Assembly: GCF_009914755.1 (NCBI RefSeq)
Contig: NC_060948.1
Length of the DNA stretch: 64,000 nucleotides
DNA from: the human T2T-CHM13v2.0 reference genome, Homo sapiens
Reading direction: 5' to 3' (one strand)
Under the pieces are notes generated by a model. It saw only the letters and a list, made by a program, of their open reading frames with translations. It did no database searches and was not told the origin of the DNA. Every line of letters starts with the position of its first letter. The stretch's first letter is position 1. Positions 36,489-55,825 of the stretch are shown here, one piece after another. The position numbers were made by a program, and so were the translations under genes.

Positions 36489-38592
36489 AGATCCATATTT
36501 TTTAAATGAAAAAAAATTTCAAAGGTACTCTGCTTGGTACAATAATCAAATGTATAAACTGAGGAATAAAACATACCCATGAAACCTACTTATAACTGCA
36601 TATGGAAAATACAGAGGATAATTTTTTAAATAACATATTTTGAAAGCCTTAACTAGTAATTTGAAGAGTTGGCATTTGAAAGGCCAGTATGAATATACCT
36701 TCAATGCAGCAACACAGGTTCCCCATGAGAAAAAGCAAACACAGGGAAAATAAAAACACAAAGGTTCAATCTCTTCTGACCTTTGAAAGACACAGCACAG
36801 ACAGTGGTCCTTAGGACGAAGAGCAGGAGACCCCTAATTCCGTCACCATGGCGATAGTGCATAAACATTGCTGGGTGAGGGCACAATCCACATTGTGAGG
36901 TCCAACTGCTGCCAGGAAGACAGGAGTGCTTTTACATAGACCGAAAGGTCATTGAAGGCTCAGAGTTTTGTTTCAAGAACTGAATCCCAAGCCCACACGT
37001 TATTAGGCTGCGCTTCTTAAAACAAGTTATGAGATGGGAAAAAGGGCACCCACAAACATACGTATACATTATGTATATAATAATATACAGTGTCATATAT
37101 ATAATATATATAACCTATGTATAATATTGTTTTACATCCTGCATCTTATGTTATATATATTGTATAAAATATAATAATTGATAATATATAACTTTTATAA
37201 TTATACAATATGACATATAGTATATATTATAATTTATGACATATATAATATATGTTATATATCATATACAGAATATATTATACGGTTAATATACGTATTA
37301 AATATAAATTATACATTATATATATTATATATAATATATCTGTTATATATAATACCCATTATGCATAATATATATATTATGTCTATATTATATATAGTAT
37401 AAAACAACATATAATAATATATAATTGTATATATAAATGCGACATATAATATTTATTATATTTTATAACATATGTAATATATATTATATATTATATATAA
37501 TACGTTGTATGTATAATACCTATATTAAATATATATTATATGACTATGTTATTAATTACATGTCACATGTGTTATATATTATATATTTTACATGGAATAT
37601 ACCGGTTACATACAATATATACCATGTTACCTATAATGTATAATTTATTACATGTAAAATAAAGAATGCAATATATTATGTATAATTTATAATATACAAT
37701 ATGTGGAATGTGATATATATAACATATAATATATGATATATGATATACAGTATATGATATATAACATACAATATATGATTCCTAATATATATGGTATACA
37801 ATATATATTTTATGATATGTATTCTATATGTTTTATATTCTGTTATATATAACTATTTGAAATTATATATAACTGTATAATATTTTATGTAAATATGTAA
37901 TGTAATATATATAACTATATAATATATTATATATAACTATATATTATGTTATATATACTTTTATAACATAATTTACATAAAATATCATAATATAATATAT
38001 ATTAAATTATTTCATATTACATAATATATATTACATATCACCCAATATAACTAACATACATAATATTATAATATAGATTATATTATGTTATATTAAATAT
38101 CATATATATCATGTATCATATATTCTATAATATATATTACACATTATATAATATGTATGTTGTCTATTATGTGATATATATAACTCTATATATAATTATA
38201 TTTTTATACATATAACTAGATAAACATGTAACTCTACATATTTTCATTTATAATATGTAGAATTATATAATCATATATAATTATTTATATTCTATAAAAA
38301 ATTTTATCATTATATAAATTATAATATATAAAAATTATAATATGTACTACAAATATATATATTATATATCATATATGATATAGTACCTTTGTTATATATC
38401 ATAATACATATAAATGTGTATTATGTTATCTATAATTATATAATTTCATATATAAGATGTATAATATGTATCATATATTATATATGTTATGTAATATATA
38501 TAGTGTATATAAGATGACACAGGATAAATATTATATACTATGACATATAAAATATATGAGGTTATATGTTACATATAAGGCATAGCACATAA

Positions 38593-38891
<299 letters not shown>

Positions 38892-41019
38892 AGATCCATA
38901 TTTTTTAAATGAAAAAAAATTTCAAAGGTACTCTGCTTGGTACAATAATCAAATGTATAAACTGAGGAATAAAACATAACCATGAAACCTACTTATAACT
39001 GCATATGGAAAATACAGAGGATAATTTTTTAAATAACATATTTTGAAAGCCTTAACTAGTAATTTGAAGAGTTGGCATTTGAAAGGCCAGTATGAATATA
39101 CCTTCAAAGCAGCAACACAGGTTCCCCATGAGAAAAAGCAAACACAGGGAAAATAAAAACACAAAGGTTCAATCTCTTCTGACCTTTGAAAGACACAGCA
39201 CAGACAGTGGTCCTTAGGACGAAGAGCAGGAGACCCCTAATTCCGTCACCATGGCGATAGGGCATAAACATTGCTGGGTGAGGGCACAATCCACATTGTG
39301 AGGTCCAACTGCTGCCAGGAAGACAGGAGTGCTTTTACATAGACCGAAAGGTCATTGAAGGCTCAGAGTTTTGTTTCAAGAACTGAATCCCAAGCCCACA
39401 CGTTATTAGGCTGCGCTTCTTAAAACAAGTTATGAGATGGGAAAAAGGGCACCCACAAACATACGTATACATTATGTATATAATAATATACAGTGTCATA
39501 TATATAATATATATAACCTATGTATAATATTGTTTTACATCCTGCATCTTATGTTATATATATTGTATAAAATATAATAATTGATAATATATAACTTTTA
39601 TAATTATACAATATGACATATAGTATATATTATAATTTATGACATATATAATATATGTTATATATCATATACAGAATATATTATACGGTTAATATACGTA
39701 TTAAATATAAATTATACATTATATATATTATATATAATATATCTGTTATATATAATACCCATTATGCATAATATATATATTATGTCTATGTTATATATAG
39801 TATAAAACAACATATAATAATATATAATTGTATATATAAAATGCGACATATAATATATATTATATTTTATAACATATGTAATATATATTATATATTATAT
39901 ATAATACGTTGTATGTATAATACCTATATTAAATATATATTATATGACTATGTTATTAATTACATGTCACATGTGTTATATATTATATATTTTACATAGA
40001 ATATACCGGTTACATACAATATATACCATGTTACCTATAATGTATAATTTATTACATGTAAAATAAAGAATGCAATATATTATGTATAATTTATAATATA
40101 CAATATGTGGAATGTGATATATATAACATATAATATATGATATATGATATACAGTATATGATATATAACATACAATATATGATTCCTAATATATATGGTA
40201 TACAATATATATTTTATGACATGTATTCTATATGTTTTATATTCTGTTATATATAACTATTTGAAATTATATTTAACTGTATAATATTTTATGTAAATAT
40301 GTAATATAATATATATAACTATATAATATATTATATATAACTATATATTATGTTATATATACTTTTATAACATAATTTACATAAAATATCATCATATAAT
40401 ATATATTATATTATTTCATATTACATAATATATATTACATATCACCCAATATAACTAACATACATAATATTATAATATAGATTATATTATGTTATATTAA
40501 ATATCATATATATCATGTATCATATATTCTATAATATATATTACACATTATATAATATGTATGTTGTCTATTATGTGATATATATAACTATATATATAAT
40601 TATATTTTTATACATATAACTAGATAAACATGTAATTCTACATATTTTCATTTATAATATGTAGAAGTATATAATCATATATAATTATTTATATTCTATA
40701 AAAAATTTTATCATTATATAAATTATACTATATAAAAATTATAATATGTACTACAAATATATATATTATATATCATATATGATATAGTACCTTTGTTATA
40801 TATCATAATACATATAAATGTGTATTATGTTATCTATAATTATATAATTTCATATATAAGATGTATAATATGTATCATATATTATATATGTTATGTAAAA
40901 TATATAGTATATATAAGATGACACAGGATAAATATTATATACTATGACATATAAAATATATGAGCTTATATTTTACATATAAGGCATAGCACATAACATG
41001 TAATATATATCATATATAA

Positions 41020-41310
41020 TTTTTTTTAGACAGAATCTTGTCCTGTTGCACAGGGTGGGGTACAATGGCGCCATCTTTGCTCACTGCAACTTCTGCCTCA
41101 CGGGTCCAAGCGATGGTCCTCCCTCAGCCTCCCAGGTAGCTGGGACTACACAACACTGGGACTACACCAGCTGCCACCATGCCTAGCTAATTTTTTGGAT
41201 TTTTAGTAGTGACAGCGTTTCACTGTATTGGCCAGGATGGTCTTGATCTCTTCACCTTGTGATCCCCTTGCCTTGGCCTCCAAATTTGCTGGGATTACAG
41301 GCCTGAGCCA
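41020..41310 (-). mobile_element. Diverged Alu, unit 18
   Basis: Type-B Alu copy. Confidence 0.95.
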
Positions 41311-43437
41311 AGATCCATATTTTTTAAATGAAAAAAAATTTCAAAGGTACTCTGCTTGGTACAATAATCAAATGTATAAACTGAGGAATAAAACATACCC
41401 ATGAAACCTACTTATAACTGCATATGGAAAATACAGAGGATAATTTTTTAAATAACATATTTTGAAAGCCTTAACTAGTAATTTGAAGAGTTGGCATTTG
41501 AAAGGCCAGTATGAATATACCTTCAATGCAGCAACACAGGTTCCCCATGAGAAAAAGCAAACACAGGGAAAATAAAAACACAAAGGTTCAATCTCTTCTG
41601 ACCTTTGAAAGACACAGCACAGACAGTGGTCCTTAGGACGAAGAGCAGGAGACCCCTAATTCCGTCACCATGGCGATAGTGCATAAACATTGCTGGGTGA
41701 GGGCAAAATCCACATTGTGAGGTCCAACTGCTGCCAGGAAGACAGGAGTGCTTTTACATAGACCGAAAGGTCATTGAAGGCTCAGAGTTTTGTTTCAAGA
41801 ACTGAATCCCAAGCCCACACGTTATTAGGCTGCGCTTCTTAAAACAAGTTATGAGATGGGAAAAAGGGCACCCACAAACATACGTATACATTATGTATAT
41901 AATAATATACAGTGTCATATATATAATATATATAACCTATGTATAATATTGTTTTACATCCTGCATCTTATGTTATATATATTGTATAAAATATAATAAT
42001 TGATAATATATAACTTTTATAATTATACAATATGACATATAGTATATATTATAATTTATGACATATATAATATATGTTATATATCATATACAGAATATAT
42101 TATACGGTTAATATACGTATTAAATATAAATTATACATTATATATATTATATATAATATATCTGTTATATATAATACCCATTATGCATAATATATATATT
42201 ATGTCTATGTTATATATAGTATAAAACAACATATAATAATATATAATTGTATATATAAATGCGACATATAATATATATTATATTTTATAACATATGTAAT
42301 ATATATTATATATTATATATAATACGTTGTATGTATAATACCTATATTAAATATATATTATATGACTATGTTATTAATTACATGTCACATGTGTTATATA
42401 TTATATATTTTACATAGAATATACCGGTTACATACAATATATACCATGTTACCTATAATGTATAATTTATTACATGTAAAATAAAGAATGCAATATATTA
42501 TGTATAATTTATAATATACAATATGTGGAATGTGATATATATAACATATAATATATGATATATGATATACAGTATATGATATATAACATACAATATATGA
42601 TTCCTAATATATATGGTATACAATATATATTTTATGATAGGTATTCTATATGTTTTATATTCTGTTATATATAACTATTTGAAATTATATATAACTGTAT
42701 AATATTTTATGTAAATATGTAATATAATATATATAACTATATAATATATTATATATAACTATATATTATGTTATATATACTTTTATAACATAATTTACAT
42801 AAAATATCATAATATAATATATATTATATTATTTCATATTACATAATATATATTACATATCACCCAATATAATTAACATACATAATATTATAATATAGAT
42901 TATATTATGTTATATTAAATATCATATATATCATGTATCATATATTCTATAATATATATTACACATTATATAATATGTATGTTGTCTATTATGTGATATA
43001 TATAACTATATATATAATTAAATTTTTATACATATAACTAGATAAACATGTAATTCTACATATTTTCATTTATAATATGTAGAAGTATATAATCATATAT
43101 AATTATTTATATTCTATAAAAAATTTTATCATTATCTAAATTATAATATATAAAAATTATAATATGTACTACAAATATATATATTATATATCATATATGA
43201 TATAGTACCTTTGTTATATATCATAATTCATATAAATGTGTATTATGTTATCTATAATTATATAATTTCATATATAAGATGTATAATATGTATCATATAT
43301 TATATATGTTATGTAATATATATAGTATATATAAGATGACACAGGATAAATATTACATTCTATGACATATAAAATATATGAGGTTATATGTTACATATAA
43401 GGCATAGCACATAACATGTAATATATATCATATATAA

Positions 43438-43729
43438 TTTTTTTTTAGACAGAATCTTGTCCTGTTGCACAGGGTGGGGTACAATGGCGCCATCTTTGCT
43501 CACTGCAACTTCTGCCTCACGGGTCCAAGCGATGGTCCTCCCTCAGCCTCCCAGGTAGCTGGGACTACACCACACTGGGACTACACCAGCTGCCACCATG
43601 CCTAGGTAATTTTTTGGATTTTTAGTAGTGACAGCCTTTCACTGTATTGGCCAGGATGGTCTTGATCTCTTCACCTTGTGATCCCCTTGCCTTGGCCTCC
43701 AAATTTGCTGGGATTACAGGCCTGAGCCA
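43438..43729 (-). mobile_element. Diverged Alu, unit 19
   Basis: Type-B Alu copy. Confidence 0.95.
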
Positions 43730-45834
43730 AGATCCATATTTTTTAAATGAAAAAAAATTTCAAAGGTACTCTGCTTGGTACAATAATCAAATGTATAAAC
43801 TGAGGAATAAAACATAACCATGAAACCTACTTATAACTGCATATGGAAAATACAGAGGATAATTTTTTAAATAACATATTTTGAAAGCCTTAACTAGTAA
43901 TTTGAAGAGTTGGCATTTGAAAGGCCAGTATGAATATACCTTCAATGCAGCAACACAGGTTCCCCATGAGAAAAAGCAAACACAGGGAAAATAAAAACAC
44001 AAAGGTTCAATCTCTTCTGACCTTTGAAAGACACAGCACAGACAGTGGTCCTTAGGACGAAGAGCAGGAGACCCCTAATTCCGTCACCATGGCGATAGTG
44101 CATAAACATTGCTGGGTGAGGGCACAATCCACATTGTGAGGTCCAACTGCTGCCAGGAAGACAGGAGTGCTTTTACATAGACCGAAAGGTCATTGAAGGC
44201 TCAGAGTTTTGTTTCAAGAACTGAATCCCAAGCCCACACGTTATTAGGCTGCGCTTCTTAAAACAAGTTATGAGATGGGAAAAAGGGCACCCACAAACAT
44301 ACGTATACATTATGTATATAATAATATACAGTGTCATATATATAATATATATAACCTATGTATAATATTGTTTTACATCCTGCATCTTATGTTATATATA
44401 TTGTATAAAATATAATAATTGATAATATATAAGTTTTATAATTATACAATATGACATATAGTATATATTATAATTTATGACATATATAATATATGTTATA
44501 TATCATATACAGAATATATTATACGGTTAATATACGTATTAAATATAAATTATACATTATATATATTATATATAATATATCTGTTATATATAATACCCGT
44601 TATGCATAATATATATATTATGTCTATGTTATATATAGTATAAAACAACATATAATAATATATAATTGTATATATAAAATGCGACATATAATATATATTA
44701 TATTTTATAACATATGTAATATATATTATATATTATATATAATACGTTGTATGTATAATACCTATATTAAATATATATTATATGACTATGTTGTTAATTA
44801 CATGTCACATGTGTTATATATTATATATTTTACATAGAATATATCGGTTACATACAATATATACCATGTTACCTATAATGTATAATTTATTACATGTAAA
44901 ATAAAGAATGCAATATATTATGTATAATTTATAATATACAATATGTGGAATGTGATATATATAACATATAATATATGATATATGATATACAGTATATGAT
45001 ATATAACATACAATATATGATTCCTAATATATATGGTATACAATATATATTTTATGATATGTATTCTGTATGTTTTATATTCTGTTATATATAACTATTT
45101 GAAATTATATATAACTGTATAATATTTTATGTAAATATGTAATATAATATATATAACTATATAATATATTATATATAACTATATATTATGTTATATATAC
45201 TTTTATAACATAATTTACATAAAATATCATAATATAATATATATTATATTATTTCATATTACATAATATATATTACATATCACCCAATATAACTAACATA
45301 CATAATATTATAATATAGATTATATTGTGTTATATTAAATATCATATATATCATGTATCATATATTCTATAATATATATTACACATTATATAATATGTAT
45401 GTTGTCTATTATGTGATATATATAACTATATATATAATTAAATTTTTATACATATAACTAGATAAACATGTAATTCTACATATTTTCATTTATAATATGT
45501 AGAAGTATATAATCATATATAATTATTTATATTCTATAAAAAATTTTATCATTATATAAATTATAATATATAAAAATTATAATATGTACTACAAATATAT
45601 ATATTATATATCATATATGATATAGTACCTTTGTTATATATCATAATACATATAAATGTGTATTATGTTATCTATAATTATATAATTTCATATATAAGAT
45701 GTATAATATGTATCATATATTATATATGTTATGTAATATATATAGTATATATAAGATGACACAAGATAAATATTATATACTATGACATATAAAATATATG
45801 AGGTTATATGTTACATATAAGGCATAGCACATAA

Positions 45835-46149
<315 letters not shown>

Positions 46150-48276
46150 AGATCCATATTTTTTAAATGAAAAAAAATTTCAAAGGTACTCTGCTTGGTA
46201 CAATAATCAAATGTATAAACTGAGGAATAAAACATAACCATGAAACCTACTTATAACTGCATATGGAAAATACAGAGGATAATTTTTTAAATAACATATT
46301 TTGAAAGCCTTAACTAGTAATTTGAAGAGTTGGCATTTGAAAGGCCAGTATGAATATACCTTCAAAGCAGCAACACAGGTTCCCCATGAGAAAAAGCAAA
46401 CACAGGGAAAATAAAAACACAAAGGTTCAATCTCTTCTGACCTTTGAAAGACACAGCACAGACAGTGGTCCTTAGGACGAAGAGCAGGAGACCCCTAATT
46501 CCGTCACCATGGCGATAGGGCATAAACATTGCTGGGTGAGGGCACAATCCACATTGTGAGGTCCAACTGCTGCCAGGAAGACAGGAGTGCTTTTACATGG
46601 ACCGAAAGGTCATTGAAGGCTCAGAGTTTTGTTTCAACAACTGAATCCCAAGCCCACACGTTATTAGGCTGCGCTTCTTAAAACAAGTTATGAGATGGGA
46701 AAAAGGGCACCCACAAACATACGTATACATTATGTATATAATAATATAGAGTGTCATATATATAATATATATAACCTATGTATAATATTGTTTTACATCC
46801 TGCATCTTATGTTATATATATTGTATAAAATATAATAATTGATAATATATAAGTTTTATAATTATACAATATGACATATAGTATATATTATAATTTATGA
46901 CATATATAATATATGTTATATATCATATACAGAATATATTATATGGTTAATATACGTATTAAATATAAATTATACATTATATATATTATATATAATATAT
47001 CTGTTATATATAATACCCATTATGCATAATATATATATTATGTCTATGTTATATATAGTATAAAACAACATATAATAATATATAATTGTATATATAAATG
47101 CGACATATAATATATATTATATTTTATAACATATGTAATATATATTATATATTATATATAATACGTTGTATGTATAATACCTATATTAAATATATATTAT
47201 ATGACTATGTTATTAATTACATGTCACATGTGTTATATATTATATATATTACATAGAATATACCGGTTACATACAATATATACCATGTTACCTATAATGT
47301 ATAATTTATTACATGTAAAATAAAGAATGCAATATATTATGTATAATTTATAATATACAATATGTGGAATGTGATATATATAACATATAATATATGATAT
47401 ATGATATACAGTATATGATATATAACATACAATATATGATTCCTAATATATATGGTATACAATATATATTTTATGATATGTATTCTATATGTTTTATATT
47501 CTGTTATATATAACTATTTGAAATTATATATAACTGTATAATATTTTATGTAAATATGTAATATAATATATATAACTATATAATATATTATATATAACTA
47601 TATATTATGTTATATATACTTTTATAACATAATTTACATAAAATATCATAATATAATATATATTATATTATTTCATATTACATAATATATATTACATATC
47701 ACCCAATATAACTAACATACATAATATTATAATATAGATTATATTATGTTATATTAAATATCATATATATCATGTATCATATATTCTATAATATATATTA
47801 CACATTATATAATATGTATGTTGTCTATTATGTGATATATATAACTCTATATATAATTATATTTTTATACATATAACTAGATAAACATGTAATTCTACAT
47901 ATTTTCATTTATAACATGTAGAATTATATAATCATATATAATTATTTATATTCTATAAAAAATTTTATCATTATATAAATTATAATATATAAAAATTATA
48001 ATATGTACTACAAATATATATATTATATATCATATATGATATAGTACCTTTGTTATATATCATAATACATATAAATGTGTATTATGTTATCTATAATTAT
48101 ATAATTTCATATATAAGATGTATAATATGTATCATATATTATACATGTTATGTAATATATATAGTATATATAAGATGACACAGGATAAATATTATATACT
48201 ATGACATATAAAATATATGAGCTTATATTTTACATATAAGGCATAGCACATAACATGTAATATATATCATATATAA

Positions 48277-48568
48277 TTTTTTTTTAGACAGAATCTTGTC
48301 CTGTTGCACAGGGTGGGGTACAATGGCGCCATCTTTGCTCACTGCAACTTCTGCCTCACGGGTCCAAGCGATGGTCCTCCCTCAGCCTCCCAGGTAGCTG
48401 GGACTACACCACACTGGGACTACACCAGCTGCCACCATGCCTAGCTAATTTTTTGGATTTTTAGTAGTGACAGCGTTTCACTGTATTGGCCAGGATGGTC
48501 TTGATCTCTTCACCTTGTGATCCCCTTGCCTTGGCCTCCAAATTTGCTGGGATTACAGGCCTGAGCCA
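48277..48568 (-). mobile_element. Diverged Alu, unit 21
   Basis: Type-B Alu copy. Confidence 0.95.
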
Positions 48569-50696
48569 AGATCCATATTTTTTAAATGAAAAAAAATTTC
48601 AAAGGTACTCTGCTTGGTACAATAATCAAATGTATAAACTGAGGAATAAAACATACCCATGAAACCTACTTATAACTGCATATGGAAAATACAGAGGATA
48701 ATTTTTTAAATAACATATTTTGAAAGCCTTAACTAGTAATTTGAAGAGTTGGCATTTGAAAGGCCAGTATGAATATACCTTCAATGCAGCAACACAGGTT
48801 CTCCATGAGAAAAAGCAAACACAGGGAAAATAAAAACACAAAGGTTCAATCTCTTCTGACCTTTGAAAGACACAGCACAGACAGTGGTCCTTAGGACGAA
48901 GAGCAGGAGACCCCTAATTCCGTCACCATGGCGATAGGGCATAAACATTGCTGGGTGAGGGCAAAATCCACATTGTGAGGTCCAACTGCTGCCAGGAAGA
49001 CAGGAGTGCTTTTACATAGACCGAAAGGTCATTGAAGGCTCAGAGTTTTGTTTCAAGAACTGAATCCCAAGCCCACACGTTATTAGGCTGCGCTTCTTAA
49101 AACAAGTTATGAGATGGGAAAAAGGGCACCCACAAACATACGTATACATTATGTATATAATAATATACAGTGTCATATATATAATATATATAACCTATGT
49201 ATAATATTGTTTTACATCCTGCACCTTATGTTATATATATTGTATAAAATATAATAATTGATAATATATAAGTTTTATAATTATACAATATGACATATAG
49301 TATATATTATAATTTATGACATATATAATATATGTTATATATCATATACAGAATATATTATACGGTTAATATACGTATTAAATATAAATTATACATTATA
49401 TATATTATATATAATATATCTGTTATATATAATACCCGTTATGCATAATATATATATTATGTCTATGTTATATATAGTATAAAACAACATATAATAATAT
49501 ATAATTGTATATATAAAATGCGACATATAATATATATTATATTTTATAACATATGTAATATATCTTATATATTATATATAATACGTTGTATGTATAATAC
49601 CTATATTAAATATATATTATATGACTATGTTATTAATTACATGTCACATGTGTTATATATTATATATTTTACATAGAATATACCGGTTACATACAATATA
49701 TACCATGTTACCTATAATGTATAATTTATTACATGTAAAATAAAGAATGCAATATATTATGTATAATTTATAATATACAATATGTGGAATGTGATATATA
49801 TAACATATAATATATGATATATGATATACAGTATATGATATATAACATACAATATATGATTCCTAATATATATGGTATACAATATATATTTTATGATATG
49901 TATTCTGTATGTTTTATATTCTGTTATATATAACTATTTGAAATTATATATAACTGTATAATATTTTATGTAAATATATAATATAATATATATAACTATA
50001 TAATATATTATATATAACTATATATTATGTTATATATACTTTTATAACATAATTTACATAAAATATCATAATATAATATATATTATATTATTTCATATTA
50101 CATAATATATATTACATATCACCGAATATAACTAACATACATAATGTTATAATATAGATTATATTATGTTATATTAAATATCATATATATCATGTATCAT
50201 ATATTCTATAATATATATTACACATTATATAATATGTATGTTGTCTATTATGTGATATATATAACTATATATATAATTATATTTTTATACATATAACTAG
50301 ATAAACATGTAATTCTACATATTTTCATTTATAATATGTAGAAGTATATAATCATATATAATTATTTATATTCTATAAAAAATTTTATCATTATCTAAAT
50401 TATAATATATAAAAATTATAATATGTACTACAAATATATATATTATATATCATATATGATATAGTACCTTTGTTATATATCATAATACATATAAATGTGT
50501 ATTATGTTATCTATAATTATATAATTTCATATATAAGATGTATAATATGTATCATATATTACATATGTTATGTAATATATATAGTATATATAAGATGACA
50601 CAGGATAAATATTACATTCTATGACATATAAAATATATGAGGTTATATGTTACATATAAGGCATAGCACATAACATGTAATATATATCATATATAA

Positions 50697-50988
50697 TTTT
50701 TTTTTAGACAGAATCTTGTCCTGTTGCACAGGGTGGGGTAAAATGGCGCCATCTTTGCTCACTGCAACTTCTGCCTCACGGGTCCAAGCGATTGTCCTCC
50801 CTCAGCCTCCCAGGTAGCTGGGACTACACCACACTGGGACTACACCAGCTGCCACCATGCCTAGCTAATTTTTTGGATTTTTAGTAGTGACAGCCTTTCA
50901 CTGTATTGGCCAGGATGGTCTTGATCTCTTCACCTTGTGATCCCCTTGCCTTGGCCTCCAAATTTGCTGGGATTACAGGCCTGAGCCA
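50697..50988 (-). mobile_element. Diverged Alu, unit 22
   Basis: Type-B Alu copy. Confidence 0.95.
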
Positions 50989-53093
50989 AGATCCATATTT
51001 TTTAAATGAAAAAAAATTTCAAAGGTACTCTGCTTGGTACAATAATCAAATGTATAAACTGAGGAATAAAACATAACCATGAAACCTACTTATAACTGCA
51101 TATGGAAAATACAGAGGATAATTTTTTAAATAACATATTTTGAAAGCCTTAACTAGTAATTTGAAGAGTTGGCATTTGAAAGGCCAGTATGAATATACCT
51201 TCAATGCAGCAACACAGGTTCCCCATGAGAAAAAGCAAACACAGGGAAAATAAAAACACAAAGGTTCAATCTCTTCTGACCTTTGAAAGACACAGCACAG
51301 ACAGTGGTCCTTAGGACGAAGAGCAGGAGACCCCTAATTCCGTCACCATGGCGATAGTGCATAAACATTGCTGGGTGAGGGCACAATCCACATTGTGAGG
51401 TCCAACTGCTGCCAGGAAGACAGGAGTGCTTTTACATAGACCGAAAGGTCATTGAAGGCTCAGAGTTTTGTTTCAAGAACTGAATCCCAAGCCCACACGT
51501 TATTAGGCTGCGCTTCTTAAAACAAGTTATGAGATGGGAAAAAGGGCACCCACAAACATACGTATACATTATGTATATAATAATATACAGTGTCATATAT
51601 ATAATATATATAACCTATGTATAATATTGTTTTACATCCTGCATCTTATGTTATATATATTGTATAAAATATAATAATTGATAATATATAAGTTTTATAA
51701 TTATACAATATGACATATAGTATATATTATAATTTATGACATATATAATATATGTTATATATCATATACAGAATATATTATACGGTTAATATACGTATTA
51801 AATATAAATTATACATTATATATATTATATATAATATATCTGTTATATATAATACCCGTTATGCATAATATATATATTATGTCTATGTTATATATAGTAT
51901 AAAACAACATATAATAATATATAATTGTATATATAAAATGCGACATATAATATATATTATATTTTATAACATATGTAATATATATTATATATTATATATA
52001 ATACGTTGTATGTATAATACCTATATTAAATATATATTATATGACTATGTTGTTAATTACATGTCACATGTGTTATATATTATATATTTTACATAGAATA
52101 TACCGGTTACATACAATATATACCATGTTACCTATAATGTATAATTTATTACATGTAAAATAAAGAATGCAATATATTATGTATAATTTATAATATACAA
52201 TATGTGGAATGTGATATATATAACATATAATATATGATATATGATATACAGTATATGATATATAACATACAATATATGATTCCTAATATATATGGTATAC
52301 AATATATATTTTATGATATGTATTCTGTATGTTTTATATTCTGTTATATATAACTATTTGAAATTATATATAACTGTATAATATTTTATGTAAATATGTA
52401 ATATAATATATATAACTATGTAATATATTATATATAACTATATATTATGTTATATATACTTTTATAACATAATTTACATAAAATATCATAATATAATATA
52501 TATTATATTATTTCATATTACATAATATATATTACATATCACCCAATATAATTAACATACATAATATTATAATATAGATTATATTATGTTATATTAAATA
52601 TCATATATATCATGTATCATATATTCTATAATATATATTACACATTATATAATATGTATGTTGTCTATTATGTGATATATATAACTATATATATAATTAT
52701 ATTTTTATACATATAACTAGATAAACATGTAATTCTACATATTTTCATTTATAATATGTAGAAGTATATAATCATATATAATTATTTATATTCTATAAAA
52801 AATTTTATCATTATCTAAATTATAATATATAAAAATTATAATATGTACTACAAATATATATATTATATATCATATATGATATAGTACCTTTGTTATATAT
52901 CATAATACATATAAATGTGTATTATGTTATCTATAATTATATAATTTCATATATAAGATGTATAATATGTATCATATATTATATATGTTATGTAATATAT
53001 ATAGTATATATAAGATGACACAGGATAAATATTACATTCTATGACATATAAAATATATGAGGTTATATGTTACATATAAGGCATAGCACATAA

Positions 53094-53407
<314 letters not shown>

Positions 53408-55510
53408 AGATCCATATTTTTTAAATGAAAAAAAATTTCAAAGGTACTCTGCTTGGTACAATAATCAAATGTATAAACTGAGGAATAAAACATAACCATG
53501 AAACCTACTTATAACTGCATATGGAAAATACAGAGGATAATTTTTTAAATAACATATTTTGAAAGCCTTAACTAGTAATTTGAAGAGTTGGCATTTGAAA
53601 GGCCAGTATGAATATACCTTCAATGCAGCAACACAGGTTCCCCATGAGAAAAAGCAAACACAGGGAAAATAAAAACACAAAGGTTCAATCTCTTCTGACC
53701 TTTGAAAGACACAGCACAGACAGTGGTACTTAGGACGAAGAGCAGGAGACCCCTAATTCCGTCACCATGGCGATAGTGCATAAACATTGCTGGGTGAGGG
53801 CACAATCCACATTGTGAGGTCCAACTGCTGCCAGGAAGACAGGAGTGCTTTCACATAGACCGAAAGGTCATTGAAGGCTCAGAGTTTTGTTTCAAGAACT
53901 GAATCCCAAGCCCACACGTTATTAGGCTGCGCTTCTTAAAACAAGTTATGAGATGGGAAAAAGGGCACCCACAAACATACGTATACATTATGTATATAAT
54001 AATATACAGTGTCATATATATAATATATATAACCTATGTATAATATTGTTTTACATCCTGCATCTTATGTTATATATATTGTATAAAATATAATAATTGA
54101 TAATATATAAGTTTTATAATTATACAATATGACATATAGTATATATTATAATTTATGACATATATAATGTATGTTATATATCATATACAGAATATATTAT
54201 ACGGTTAATATACGTATTAAATATAAATTATACATTATATATATTATATATAATATATCTGTTATATATAATACCCGTTATGCATAATATATATATTATG
54301 TCTATGTTATATATAGTATAAAACAACATATAATAATATATAATTGTATATATAAAATGCGACATATAATATATATTATATTTTATAACATATGTAATAT
54401 ATATTATATATTATATATAATACGTTGTATGTATAATACCTATATTAAATATATATTATATGACTATGTTATTAATTACATGTCACATGTGTTATATATT
54501 ATATATTTTACATAGAATATACCGGTTACATACAATATATACCATGTTACCTATAATGTATAATTTATTACATGTAAAATAAAGAATGCAATATATTATG
54601 TATAATTTATAATATACAATATGTGGAATGTGATATATATAACATATAATATATGATATATGATATACAGTATATGATATATAACATACAATATATGATT
54701 CCTAATATATATGGTATACAATATATATTTTATGATATGTATTCTGTATGTTTTATATTCTGTTATATATAACTATTTGAAATTATATATAACTGTATAA
54801 TATTTTATGTAAATATGTAATATAATATATATAACTATATAATATATTATATATAACTATATATTATGTTATATATACTTTTATAACATAATTTACATAA
54901 AATATCATAATATAATATATATTATATTATTTCATATTACATAATATATATTACATATCACCCAATATAACTAACATACATAATATTATAATATAGATTA
55001 TATTGTGTTATATTAAATATCATATATATCATGTATCATATATTCTATAATATATATTACACATTATATAATATGTATGTTGTCTATTATGTGATATATA
55101 TAACTATATATAATTATATTTTTATACATATAACTAGATAAACATGTAATTCTACATATTTTCATTTATAATATGTAGAAGTATATAATCATATATAAAT
55201 ATTTATATTCTATAAAAAATTTTATCATTATATAAATTATAATATATAAAAATTATAATATGTACTACAAATATATATATTATCTATCATATAAGATATA
55301 GTACCTTTGTTATATATCATAATACATATAAATGTGTATTATGTTATCTATAATTATATAATTTCATATATAAGATGTATAATATGTATCATATATTATA
55401 TATGTTATGTAATATATATAGTATATATAAGATGACACAGGATAAATATTACATTCTATGACATATAAAATATATGAGGTTATATGTTACATATAAGGCA
55501 TAGCACATAG

Positions 55511-55825
<315 letters not shown>
